Notes: generated by a model not told the origin, from the sequence alone. A DNA stretch of 64,000 nucleotides from Hydrolagus colliei (GCA_035084275.1 JAYJKW010000399.1:1612001-1676000); one strand, 5' to 3'. Counted from the stretch's first letter, positions 13,401 to 25,137 are shown. Translations and numbers: made by a program.

Positions 13401-15932
13401 GGTGAATCTGTGACTCGTGATCACAGATTTAAAATAGTTTCAAGGCGAAGTAGAGGGGAGCTGAGGAGAATTTTTTTCACTCACCGGGTTGTTCGAATCT
13501 GGAATGCATTGCCTGAAAATGTGGTGGAGGCTGATTCGATAACAACTTTTAAAAGGGAATTAGATCTTTATTTAGGGAGAACTGGTCTATTAGGCTATGG
13601 GGAGCGGGCAGGGCAGTGGGATTGAATCGCTCTTTTCATAGAGCCGGCGCAGACTAGATGGGCCGAATGGCCTCCTTTTGTGCCGTAAAATTCTATGAAA
13701 CTATGAATCTAAGTGAAGTAGTTTTCCCGTAACTCAGTGCGAAAAGGCTGTCCCATAATTGTAATATTATGTTCCTGGTTATATTTTCTGCATCCAGGGG
13801 AACTGTCTCCCACTATCTACTCTGTTGTGCCCCTTAATAAACTGATAGGTTTCGGTAAGATCATCTCTGATTATTCTATATTCCACCAAATACATGCCGA
13901 GATTACTCAACCTATCATAGCTCCTACTCCCATCCCAGGTACCAAACTAATGAATCTACGTACTACAGCCCCCTCCCCCCATCCCACCATTCCCGCATCG
14001 CCCCCGTCCACCCCACCGGCACACAGGCGAGTACATCCTTTCTTCAATTGGAGACCATAACTGCACACAATATTATAAAGCACAGATCATTCAGTCCCTC
14101 ATGTCCTTGTTGCTCATTTCACAACAATCCAGTCAGGTCCATTATTTCCCAGTTGAGAGAAAATATATTATGTTGGCGCCGAAACAAGCCAGATCTGAGC
14201 TCTGTTTTCCTCTTAAATAAAACAGCAATTAATTCATTCCTCTTTCTTCCCTGATTTCTTTTTCAGGAACGTACCTGCGGTTGGCGGGGCACAAGCCAGC
14301 GACATTACATGTGAGTGAGAGGTTTCCTGGGTTTGAACCTAGAAGGAAAGGTGCCGGTCACAGACAGACCTATTCAGCCGTATGACTGACCAACACACAC
14401 ATCCATCGCTTGGTCATCAAAATCCTCCAAATGAGAGTTCATTTCAATCTACGACTTTTTGAGGGACATCGATGTGCGCATTTGGATGCCGCATTTCCCC
14501 CCCACAAAGTTTACAGTATATTCTGTGAAGCGCTTTGTGAATTCAAGAAGATATGGAAAGTGCTATATCAAATTCAAGGATGATTAGTTATAATATTTTT
14601 CTGTCTTTTTCAATCTCATTCACCGTCTCCCTTTGTCTAGCTGTGGGTGTGTATGTGTTTCTGTCTTTGTATCTGTACGCGTTCTAACTATGTATCTATG
14701 GTTCCCCAGTGTGCGCAAATTGGATGTTTATGGCCCTCTCTTATAAAACATAGCAAAAATAGAATCAGCTAAAAATGTCTGGAGCGCCATTTCCATAGGG
14801 AGATTACACAGTCTCTCCATGTACCGCGTCTATTCTGAAGCACATTGGGATCGTTTGTTGACATGTGGTCATGATTTATTCTAAATACAATCATTAATAT
14901 GCTATCTCTCTTTGTCGCCTAATTATTCTTGTTATTTTCGTCAATAATACTAAGTTGTATGTATTGATATCATCAATATTATTAATGAATACCGGTGAGT
15001 TTTACTGAAAGATTGCTGATGTTAACTCTCCTTTGTGTTTGTTTCAGATGCTACAGTGAGAAGAGATCCACGATCAGAGACTCCAGAGGTAAGCGGTGAC
15101 AGGATCATTGTTTTAGCCTGGTTCAGGGCCTGTGTCAGTTCAGCTCAGGCCTTGTCGGTATAGCTCACGTCCTACGTCAGCCAGAGTAACCCAGATCCGT
15201 TTCTGTGTCAGTCGAGCCTGTCTAAGCCTGAATAAAACCCAGTCCAGTCTATGCGTCAGACTGACTCCACACAGCGTTAGTCAACACGTTGTACCTGTTA
15301 GTATATTTGTGTGTGTTTATCAGTGTGTACTTGTGTTTATATGTACGTACATGTCTCGGTGTGTGTGTGTGTGTAAATGTGTATGCCTTTGTGTTCACGT
15401 GTGTTTCTTTGGTTCTGTCTGTAAATGTTTGCATCTATATATGTGCATCCCAAAACGCTAGTCAGTCAGGGATTTAGACCTGTGCTGTGGTTTGGGGATA
15501 CAGAAGCCAGATAGAGTACGGGTAGGAAGTTGGTCGAAGAGGAGTAATGTTTTGAACAAGACCTTGAGAGACGCAGGTACGCGAGCAACCAAACGGGGAC
15601 TGGAGAATGGGGATCCAAAGGTTCGATGCTGCAAGCCGAACGCACAAATAAAAACTCTGGGAGTCTCAATGAGTGAAAGAACGAATGAGAGATATACTCA
15701 TTCAACCAAACACACACAAAAACACACACATGAGCTATGGTTTGGGCGTGTGGTGCTGGAAAGCGGTAAGGGGTGGGGGGTTCCCACTGTCCTTCGGCAG
15801 GTGTGATAATTGTTAACCTGTTTGCAGGAAGCTGATATCACCTACGCCAATCTGGTATTAGGAAACAGGAGTGAGAATGCCCGAGAGACCAACGTGGACC
15901 CTGATATGGTCTACGCCACGGTCAGAGTGTAG
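1168..15932 (+). CDS. Gene A: multi-Ig-domain ITIM-bearing inhibitory receptor (LILR/LRC-like C2 Ig domains), 5'-incomplete. Exons 1168-1473, 3197-3502, 5591-5875, 7271-7555, 8653-8751, 9611-9632, 14267-14310, 15048-15088, 15828-15932
   Basis: The nine exons join in one frame (1493 nt plus 1 nt from an upstream exon) with matching phases. All junctions are AG/GT except the Ig4 donor (AT). Tail motifs are ITYATV, ITYANL and MVYATV. The TM and tail exons match gene B exon for exon. Confidence 0.85.
3197..3502 (+). CDS. Gene A Ig exon 2 (near-identical duplicate of exon 1)
   Basis: 306 nt, phase 1-1, AG/GT. Differs from Ig1 at about 5 residues, including Y->C (PQCRN). Confidence 0.9.
4206..4226 (+). 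pseudogene. 3' remnant of a deleted Ig exon (exon tail plus donor only)
   Basis: gtgaaaatcttcgtgggag|gtacgagcgagagcctgcg matches the Ig1/Ig2 exon end and downstream intron, but is fused directly to intron sequence from the start of the repeat unit. Confidence 0.75.
5591..5875 (+). CDS. Gene A Ig exon 3 (DPLQKPTVSL...SC...YWCQY...SERVSISVQ)
   Basis: ttccag acceptor, gtagg donor, 285 nt, phase 1-1, canonical Cys pair. Confidence 0.9.
6180..6895 (+). repeat. Degenerate G-rich GAGCT/GGGCT repeat tract in the gene A Ig3-Ig4 intron
   Basis: About 23 AGCT tetramers counted by eye in ~700 bp; strongly G/T-skewed plus strand. Confidence 0.85.
7271..7555 (+). CDS. Gene A Ig exon 4 (membrane-proximal), non-canonical AT at the donor position
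   Basis: 285 nt, same length and motifs as the other Ig exons. The donor position reads G|ataag where paralogs have G|gtacg or G|gtatg. Read-through gives ...VLDKS-stop at 7566. Confidence 0.85.
8653..8751 (+). CDS. Gene A transmembrane exon (NWTWKHTAGLTVGILTAIVIILFILGFCLYQR)
   Basis: 99 nt, phase 1-1, AG/GT. Hydrophobic stretch with no charged residue; homologous to 38388-38486. Confidence 0.88.
9611..9632 (+). CDS. Gene A cytoplasmic mini-exon (AGKQKSS)
   Basis: ttag|caggcaaacagaaaagcagtat|gtaagt. Phase 1-2, as needed to join the next exon and as in gene B exon 7. The tandem TAG/CAG acceptor allows a 3-nt-shorter in-frame variant. Confidence 0.65.
10410..13710 (+). mobile_element. CR1-clade LINE, 5'-truncated and decayed (end of ORF1 esterase-like region, ORF2 endonuclease and reverse transcriptase, 3' UTR)
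   Basis: ORF1 remnant ...LKSGTSRVVISGLLP...FLDHW...DKLHLN. EN motifs TETWL, YRPP, GDFN. RT motifs [28 protein letters not shown]. Several stops and frameshifts; ctatgaaa/ctatgaat terminal repeats. Confidence 0.93.
14267..14310 (+). CDS. Gene A cytoplasmic exon (NVPAVGGAQASDIT)
   Basis: 44 nt, tttcag/gtgagt. Same length and phase as gene B exon 40239-40282. Confidence 0.8.
15048..15088 (+). CDS. Gene A cytoplasmic exon (Y-ATVRRDPRSETPE), completes ITIM ITYATV
   Basis: 41 nt, tttcag/gtaagc. Homologous to 41068-41108. Confidence 0.8.
15828..15932 (+). CDS. Gene A terminal exon EADITYANLVLGNRSENARETNVDPDMVYATVRV*
   Basis: tttgcag acceptor, phase 0, one ITIM (ITYANL) and one ITIM-like motif (MVYATV), TAG stop. 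Confidence 0.88.
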   Translation, partial: EADITYANLVLGNRSENARETNVDPDMVYATVRV

Positions 15933-16114
15933 CTCAGAGGCTGGTGACCCCGAGGTGCTCTCACTTATCTTTCTTTCTGACTTGATCACACTGGTAATTG
16001 CCAGCTTCGCTCTGACCGCAACCTTCATCCCAAATCATCTGTGAAGGAACAAATGAAAATCATATAGACTGTATGTGACGGATTGTGAAAGAGAGAATGA
16101 GTGAGAGAAACGTT

Positions 16115-16270
16115 CAGTGAGTGAGTGAGTGAGTGGGTGGGTGGGTGGGTGGGTGTGTGGGTGGGTGGGTGGGTGTGTGGGTGGGTGGGGTGTTGTACGA
16201 GCGAACGAGCGAAGGAGGGAGGGAGCCAAGCAGCGAGGGACGGAGGGAGCGAGGGAGAGGGAGGGAGGGA
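16115..16270 (+). repeat. (GAGT)n/(GGGT)n and GA-rich simple repeats 3' of gene A
   Basis: Directly visible runs of gggt and ggga. Confidence 0.9.
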
Positions 16271-19200
16271 GTAACGGTGAAACAATTATGCAGAAAGAGG
16301 AAGGAACAAGCAGATGCTGTATATGGCTGTGTGCGTATGAGAGAGAGACTTAGAGTGAATGAGAGAAAGCGAGAGAGGGTGATAAGAGACGTGATGGGAG
16401 AGAGTGCTTGGATTTGCAAGAGGTATTGAGAGAGAAGGAGGAACTGCATGAGAGAGGGTGGCAATTGGAGTGACTGTGTTTGAGAGAGAGAGAGGAAAAA
16501 TAACGAGAATTATGGAGAGTTAGTGTTTCAATCAGAAATGCGTTCGCCTAACTTACTGCATCGAGTAATACAGTGGTTAAAACTGATTGATAGACAAGGC
16601 GAGATTATCAGAGAGATGGGGAGAGTGGAGAGTCCAGTGATGGAGAGAATGATTGTGAGAGTGGAGAGCGCGTGTGTGCGGGGAACACAGGGAATGGAGA
16701 CAAAATAAATTGGAGAACGAGGAAGAGAGTGACCGTAAGAGAGGAGTAGAGAACAGAGTTTCTGAATGGGAAGTAAGGCAGGGGGATTGTGAGAGAGTGA
16801 GTGTGGCTGAGAAGGATTATCTTTCGCCGATGCCGAGAGACAGGGATAGTAGTGAGCTAGATTTAGAGAGGGAGAGAGAGAGACAGGATGAGCAGAGGGG
16901 GTGTTATGGATCTAATATTAGTAGGCTTGTGGAGTAAGGAGATTTGCCAAGTGTATATTTGTGGCCTTCTTGGATTCGATCACATGAATCACGCTTGGAA
17001 GGCGAGTGCTTTAACCACTGAGCTACAGGACTCCTCTCCAACTGAGTTAATGTTTTAGGTCGGTGACCATTCATCAGATATAATCAGATATAACCGCTTG
17101 ACTCCGCTTACAATGAGCTTTGTAACTCCCTCCCCCACATCTCACAAATCCCATCCCTAGCTTAGGTGCTGCGTAGGCAGTAGTCGAACATTTTAAGGCA
17201 TTCTTCCTTTGTAAAGGCGCTGTTCAACTACTATCTTATTGGAAGGAGAACACAAAGCTTTTCGCTAACAGGATGTTTCTGAATTACTTAATCTGTCCGG
17301 CAGCAGCGAAAGGATTGGACACCGCCTGCTAAAAAAAAGCAGCGTTAATTCAGTTAGAAATGCTTATGATGCTTAGCTGATATTTGAAATTGCAATATCG
17401 ATGAGAAAATGTTTTGCTGCCCAGGTGAATTTTTCGCCGCAGTTCAATGATTTTTGGGAAACTTATTGTATGTTTAAGCATGTGGTACGTGACTGGATAT
17501 TTAATAGCAATAAGAATAATAATCTTTGCATTTGATTTAGCGCTTTGCACATCTTCTTGAAGTCTAAAAGCGCTTTACAGATAATACTGTAAGGTGAATT
17601 GATTGTACGTTTGCGGACAAGCGTCTAGATATATTTTTCGATACAAGGATCTGGGAAGATGACCGAACGTATGAGTTGCAAAGTTACATTCAACGGAAAT
17701 ATGTTTGTACTCACAGTGGTAGCTCTGTGTGTTATTGGTCTGATAACCTGTGTTGTTCAATCAGAATCAGCTAATGTGAACTGAACCCTATTGATTACTA
17801 CACCAAAGCCACTCTCGCGGCAGAAGCAAACCATTTGCAGTGACGTTTTTTAACCTTTCGTATGCATTTATTCAATAAAATGTATTATCTTCATTACGTA
17901 ATAGCTTCTTTTTTACACTTTATTAAATTTTGCTACATAAAAGGAAATTGGAGACAGTTCATCATTCACTGCAAGGTAACCAATTAGAATAAACTTAAAA
18001 CTAGTAGATACGATTCAGCTTAATCCAGCCTGACAGAAGCTTTTCTCAATTACAACGTAGAGAGATAGATATGCAATCCACATGCTAAACCTAGGGACAA
18101 TGATAACAGAGAATACATATAATTCCACGCTACATCTACACTGTACTCAGTCACAACGGCTCCCCCTTCTGTTAGTGCTCAGCTGGTCACCATAGAGTTA
18201 TCGCTGAGCTGTTCACCATGGGCTTCGTGCTGAGATGGTCAACATTGTATTAATGCTCAGCTAGTGAATGTGCGAGCATCTGTTGCTTCCCTTGCTCAGC
18301 TACACCCGCCACTTGGTCGCCATTATTACCGCAGTTCTAGCAATGCCATAAGTAACACAATACAAGAAAAGAGCCGCGTCCAATAAGAGAGCCAGCAGTG
18401 ACACTGATTAGAGTGAGCAGTGACAGTCGCTATCGCCAGCTTGACAATGTTCGCTGAGTGCCAACATTAAGAGTTCTCACCCGCTTATTATCTTTCGCTT
18501 GCACGTCAGCTGCCGCACAATCCTTCTACCAAATTACCGACAATGCCCCTACTCTTCTCTCGCATGTACCATGGCCAACCTACAGGACACTCTCTTCTCT
18601 CTTGATAGCCTGTTAAATTCCAGGACTGAACGATTTACTTGCCTGTTAACCCACAAGAAATACAACGCCTACTGCCCACAAGAAAGGGGATATGGGGTTA
18701 GATTGAAGCACTGAGAAAGTTTGCTAGACAGTATTCTCAATAGCAAAAACTACATGTTTAGATGGATAAAACCCAGGATTTCACAAACGCACAGTCTTGA
18801 AAATTCACCCATGATACTCACTGCAATTGGTTAGTTGAGATGCATACTTCCATCGAGTGAAAGAGGACATTACATTGGAGTAGACGGGAAAGCCCATGTT
18901 TAGGCGGTTTGCACAGAATTATCAGGGATTAGGTTGGATTCTCGTTATAGCTCGAGTTCCAATACGATACAAAGTTGAGCACAATATAAAGCAGTTAAGA
19001 ATTACACGTATTTTACATAAATATAGAGAGTTTGAGATGTCATGGCAAATAGGCGAAATGGCGAGAGGCTGTTTGTGGGCGAGTGTGAGAATAGTGAGCG
19101 CATAAATGTGGGGGTGGGTTTGCCTTACCCCATCCACGCTGGCTCAGCGTCAGCCTTCACCACAGTGTCGAGCTCTGGGAGTCGACAATGTGCGAGCGGG

Positions 19201-19751
19201 GCTATATGAATCGCCCGGTGTTGTTGCTCTAACTCAAAATTTATGGGTGCATTTCAAACATGGAAAACTTTAATCAGAATGATATATATGCATTTGCGGC
19301 CGGGACCAGGAATAAAAGTAATTAGTTAAAAATCTGTGGAGCATCTTACTACTCATTTCGTGGTTCCCCAATATTTTACAGTAATAACACACTGAATGAG
19401 GTTTCGGGTGGAGGAGGGTGGGTGCGGGTGGGGGTCGAATATAAATGGTTCCGAAGACCAGACAGATTGGTTTGGTGTGCAGTAGGACCATATTTCCAAC
19501 AATTCCCTCCTTGTGCGGAGAATCCAAAACTCCCCAGTGGCTGAATGCGATATTACAGATACAACTTCACTCACTTCAGATATTATTACTTTTTGAAGAC
19601 GAACAAAGAAACAATCCCGGTTAATTTACCCGATTACGTCGGATCACGTTTTCAGTATTTCCTCATTGTTGTCTTATAATTGCCCAATACATCTTCACTC
19701 TATCACCTTTTTAAGTAAATAAATATTTCCCTCATTGACTACCATGAGGTT

Positions 19752-20650
19752 AGAAAATAAGAACATAACAAGTAGGAGAAGGAGAAGGCCATTTGGCCCA
19801 ACGAGCCTGTCCCGCCATTCAATCATGGCTGATATTCAACTGTAACTCCAACTACGTGCCTTATCCCCACATCCGTACTACCTTTATAAACTAGAAATCT
19901 ATCTAACTCATTCTTGAAAATATTCAAGGACTGAGCATCTACAGCCCTTTGAGGTAAAGGATTCCGTACATTCACCACACTCTGAGTGAAGTCGTTTTTT
20001 CTCAACTCAGTGCGATAGGGCTGATCCATAACTTTAACACTGTGACTCCTGGTTTTAGATTCTCCAACCAAGGGAAACTATCTCCCACTATCTACTTTGT
20101 CATGCCCATTAATAATATTAAATGTTTCAATAAGATCCCCTCCAATTCTTCGATATTCCAAAGAATAGAGGCCCAAATTAATCAACCTATCATCATAACT
20201 CATTCCCAGTGCTGATCTAGTAAACCTACGCTGTACTCCCTTCAAGGCAAGTACATCCATTCTTGAATAAGTAAACCAACACTGCACACAGTATTCCAGT
20301 TGTGGTCTCACCAGTGCCCTATAAAGCTGTATCAAGGCTTCTCTACTCTTATCCTCTAAACGTTTCATAATGAAAACTAACATACCGTTAGCGTTCCTGA
20401 TTTTGTGCTGCACCTGAATAGTAACTCTCTGTGCCACCTACCTGCCCACTCACTTTAACCTATCTGTATCGCGCTGCAGCTTTTTAAAATGTCAATCTTG
20501 GTATTAACGCTTCCTCCTAGTTTCGTATCATCAGCAAATTTAGATATATTAAGCTCGATGTTTTTATCAAGATCGTTGATGTACATATTAAATAGTTGAG
20601 GCCCAAGGACTGATCCTTGAGGCACTACATAGTCACATCCCGCCATTCCG
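19752..20650 (-). mobile_element. CR1 LINE 3' fragment
   Basis: Minus-strand ORFs [12 protein letters not shown]...FADD, LYRALVRPQLEYCVQ and RTELRKNDF, followed by a CR1-type 3' UTR. Confidence 0.9.
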
Positions 20651-23239
20651 AGAAAGTGGCTGAGCTCAGTATTACAACTACAAGAACATCCACTTCAGAA
20701 ATTCGTACTTTTTCAAGAGCATCAAAATCTGTATTTATTTAGCCGCATGCACTTGGGATCACGAACCGTAGCATTTCCTCGGTGTTGTCTATTCATTGAG
20801 CAATACCATTTCATGTATTTTTATAAATGAACAGAATCCCCACTGAATCCCATGCACTATTTTTAGTCCTCAACCTCCAATGATAGTGAGTGTTAACTCT
20901 GAGAAATAAATTCACCTGTTTTGATCTCTACTGAGGCTGTTGTATATTCACTGTGATTTATTGCATGTTTAATTTCAACACAGGAAAGTATGGTGCAGCT
21001 TCACTACCGCCAGAGGGTTGCTCTGTAGAGTGTAACTGCCCGCAATGTTATTAGTAAACTCTTTTGTCCTCCTCGATGGGAGATGAGCAGGTCGTACAAG
21101 AGCGAATCTGGAGTTTAGTAACATAGTAACAGGATCCAACGCAGCTGTGAACCCTATGTCAGGGTCTTTAATCCTGTACCTGAGACTGGAGTGTTCCATA
21201 GAATATCCAGTGCTGCTGAGAGCACTATCCCAACTATACAACAACACTATCCCAACTTTGATATATATCACTCCATCCAAGACGGACGGCGACTCAGAGC
21301 GCTTCAAAATAACGGATTCCGAGCTGGAGACATGGGCAGGGGGAAAAAAGGGTGACTGAAGCTGCGGTCGAACAGACAGTTCTCGAACGGAGACCTGAAT
21401 GTAAGAAGAGAGAGACCGAGGCGAAGAGAGTCAGGAAGGGAGTTCCAGAGCCTCGGGGCGCAGAGGCTAAAGGCACGACCGACGGTGGTGGGGCGGAGGA
21501 TTCGTGGGGACATGGAGGAGGCCAGACATGGTACAGCTGTAGGCAGCAGGCACAGTTGTGAGGGGCGAGAAGATCAGAGAGATATGTGGTGCAGAGGACT
21601 GGAGGGATTAAATAAATAATTTAAAAAATGAGACATTCACAGTAAGTGATGCTACAATATGTGGCCTAACGTACGTTTGGACGTTATGTTACTTTGTTGA
21701 AACTAACAATCCTGTATTTGATAAAATGGTTCATGCTGCTTATGACGCCTTTCAAAACATAACGTTCAGTGAAGTGTCTGTATGTTTGGCAACATTAAGT
21801 ATCTACGCTGTTTAGTTCGTTTCACTTGCAATCGGGCGATTCAAACTGGTATGGTCTTTATTATTGTTTCTAAAGTTGGTAAAAAAAATCACTCATCACA
21901 TTAATTAGCAACAACAGCCTGCGTTTCTATAGTGCCCCTCAAGAATGACAGCGTCCCAAATCCTTCATGGCGATCCCATAATTCACGACCAGTACACAGT
22001 ATTATGTATTAATAATAGTGGTAATTATACTTCCAGCTGATTTTCACCAACAATATTGATGCTGTAAGGTAACTCTATGCAAATACTGTGGGTGAAACAC
22101 AGAAGACAATTTCGTACAGCATTGGCAGTAATATTGAGTTATGCATTCCCGAATGTAGAGATCCAACAGTTGAGTAACAATTGGGAACCTGGCTTTTGTA
22201 TGGGAAACAGAGGACTGTCCGCGTTTGTGTGTGTGTGTGGAGTAAGGAAACATGCATTACATTTCGGGTGCAAAATATACAGTGCTGTTGAAGTCCAGTC
22301 AGCTGCTCGGTGGGAGAGTCAGAGAGAGAGAGATAGAAGGAGAGGGATCGAGATAGAGTCACTGAACGACAATGAGAGAATGTGCGATAGCGTGTAGTGA
22401 CCGTGGTTTCAAGGAGAGACAGCTTTTGTGAGAGAGAGTGCGTCACAGAGAAAGAGAGAGAGGGAGATAAAGAAGTAGAAAGACGTAGAAATAAGGAGGC
22501 CAGGCAGCCAGCATGGGGGAGAGAGAATGTCATTTGGAACAAGACACGTAGATTTACTTTGCTATTTGCAGTCAGCAAAACTTGTATAGCTGCTGTGATG
22601 TGGTGTCTACACCCACGCATTTCCGTTTTCACACATCAAGCTCTTCAACTCACCTGTTTTTCTCAATGTTTTTTTGCAATGTTCAGCCTCTCACTGTTTG
22701 TCTGATTTGAGTTTTAATCTTTCTGTTAATTTCCATCCAAGAAACGACACAGCGATGGAGGTGAGGGGGCGTCTGTTGATGTCCATGGTTCGGGTCAAGG
22801 TTTGCTTTAGTGTATGAGGTAGATTTTATCTTTTTAGATGTTGCAAGATCTGTAGCAAACGAGGCCGATTTATCGGGAGTGCGGGAGAGGGTTTGGGGGT
22901 TGTGTGGGTTATAGGGTGGGGGGCGTGTCAGTGCTGCACAAATGAGATAAATTATAAAACTCCTTATATCTGATGCAGCGCCTTTGGGAAAACTTCCAGA
23001 AGTTTAGATACTAACAAATGTAATGGCTGTGTGTTTGCATTGCCAAATATTGAACACTGTGCCACATACATTCGTGGATACAATGACCAAACAGTTATTA
23101 CTATCGAAATATACATATCATGGAGGGTTCATTTTCACCGGAGTTCGATAATCAATGAATAAGCGAGTTCCTTCCTATGATTCTCACCGGCACCGAACTT
23201 CCCTCCCCCATTACCCCACTCCTTAGCAGAATTCACTGG

Positions 23240-23640
23240 ATCCCTGTGCCGTAGATGATAGATTTAAGATCCTCACACTTGTCATCAAATCCCTCCATTA
23301 CTCTGCACCTCCCTATTTCTCTGACCTCCTCTCTCCTCAAAGCAGAACACATTGTCGTCGATCCACCGGATCTGGCGAACTCATTTAGCTTGAGTCCTCC
23401 GCTCCACCATCTGTGCCCGTGCCTTGAGCCACTGTGCTCCGAGGGTCTGGGACTCACTTCCTCCCTCCCTTCGCCCGCCCCCTTCCCCATCCCACTTTCA
23501 GTTCTCAGCGCAAGATCTTTCGCTTCGACAGCGCCTTAGGTCGCCTTTCTCCCCCTTCCCCTTGTTCGGTCTCGTGATTCATTGTTGTGATACGCTCTGA
23601 GACGCCTTCCGGCGTAGAGGACGCTATATAAATCGAGGTT
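23240..23640 (+). mobile_element. L2 3' fragment
   Basis: cactggatccctgtgccgtagatgatagatttaagatcctc (HWIP...FKIL) and tail ctgagacgccttccggcgtagaggacgctatataaat. Confidence 0.75.
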
Positions 23641-25137
23641 GTTGTTACCAATGTTTAATAGAAGCATGTGTGTGGAATAACGAAAACTGGCTCACGTTTC
23701 AATCTCCCCATGGATTGACCACATGCTCTGAAGATTGCGATGTGAATGCTCTTACCACTGAGCTGACGGACTCCATTTTGTTATGTCGCTGACTAGTCTC
23801 ACTCTATCTACTTCTTAGAAATGGGTGTTTAATATGCTGCCTTTGAAATAAATGCATTTTGATTAAGAATTTTCCTTAATTCTTAATTCAGAATTAAATT
23901 CCTCTCGATTTCGAGCATCTCGAAATCGTGATAAGGGCTGCATTTTTTTTAAAAAATCTACTTTTGTAACGTGTATTTAAGATTCAAATAGGTTTTGTGC
24001 AGATAAAGTTAGGTTTAAAAATCCCGCACAGAAATTCTGTTCCTGTGCTTATTTATTGATGTTCATTTTGCAGTTTGTTGTGTGAGCAAATTTAGCAGGC
24101 AGATTGATATGGTTTGTGCTTTCTATCTGGTAATGCTGCTCAGCTAAACCACAACAAAGGTTCAGATATGCTTCAGCTTTCTTCCGTTTAACACTGTCCG
24201 CAATGGTAAAAAAAAATGATATGGCTGGATTTGAGCTTCTATGGTCTCAGAATACATTGTGCAACTTAACTGTCCTTCCTCAATGGACTAACGGGATTGT
24301 TAACAACTGTCCGAAATACAGCACAGCCAATATATTAGCTTGTCGGAGAGGAAGCAAGAGAGAGAGAGAGTGATAGCGAGACTGTGAAAGGAACATTATG
24401 TGCATATATGTGTGTGCGTGAGGCAGAGAGTGGGACAAAAAATAACAGACAAACAAGAATGTTTTGTTTTGTTTTGTTTGCCGTTGGCTGCAAGTGAAGC
24501 TTCAGTAAGTGGTCTGAAGTCAACTTGAGGGAAACATTTCTGTATGGAAACACATACATCAGTAGGCACAACACAAATGTTTTAGATAATCCATCTTTGG
24601 CGAATTTCAACTCCTCGGTTTGTTTGTTTCTTTGTGTCAATCCATCAAATAAGCGAGAAGTTGAAGGAGGTGGCGAAGCCTCGTGCGTTTCCTGCTTGCT
24701 TTGTGACAAAGCTGCTAAGCTAACAAATTGACGGTGGTTCAACGACACATCAGCCGTTGTAATTTGACAACATATTCAGTATTATCACTTTTGTATGGGA
24801 CTCGAATTCATCTGGTGGAAACTGCAAAATCTGAGAATCTTCTAGAGCAAATTGGGGAAATGTATTTACTTGATACTTTAATATTATGCGAGATTTCAAC
24901 AAGCCCAAATAAATAGGCTAGAACATATAGATAGATGGGATAAAGGCGAGCAATCATAGCATAACAGAACACTGAGGCACAAAAGGAGGCCATTAGGTCT
25001 TTGCAGGGTCTTTGACAAGAACAATTCAATCCCACTCCCCAGCTCGCTTCCGATAAACGTGTAAACCCATCCTCCCCAAATAAATATCTACCTCTCTTTT
25101 AAAAGTTGTTATCGAATATGCCTTCACCACCTTTTCG

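Noticed and set aside
10846-13625. Endonuclease and RT ORFs as host genes or an active element
   Set aside because: Fragments of one CR1 ORF2 broken by stops and frameshifts.
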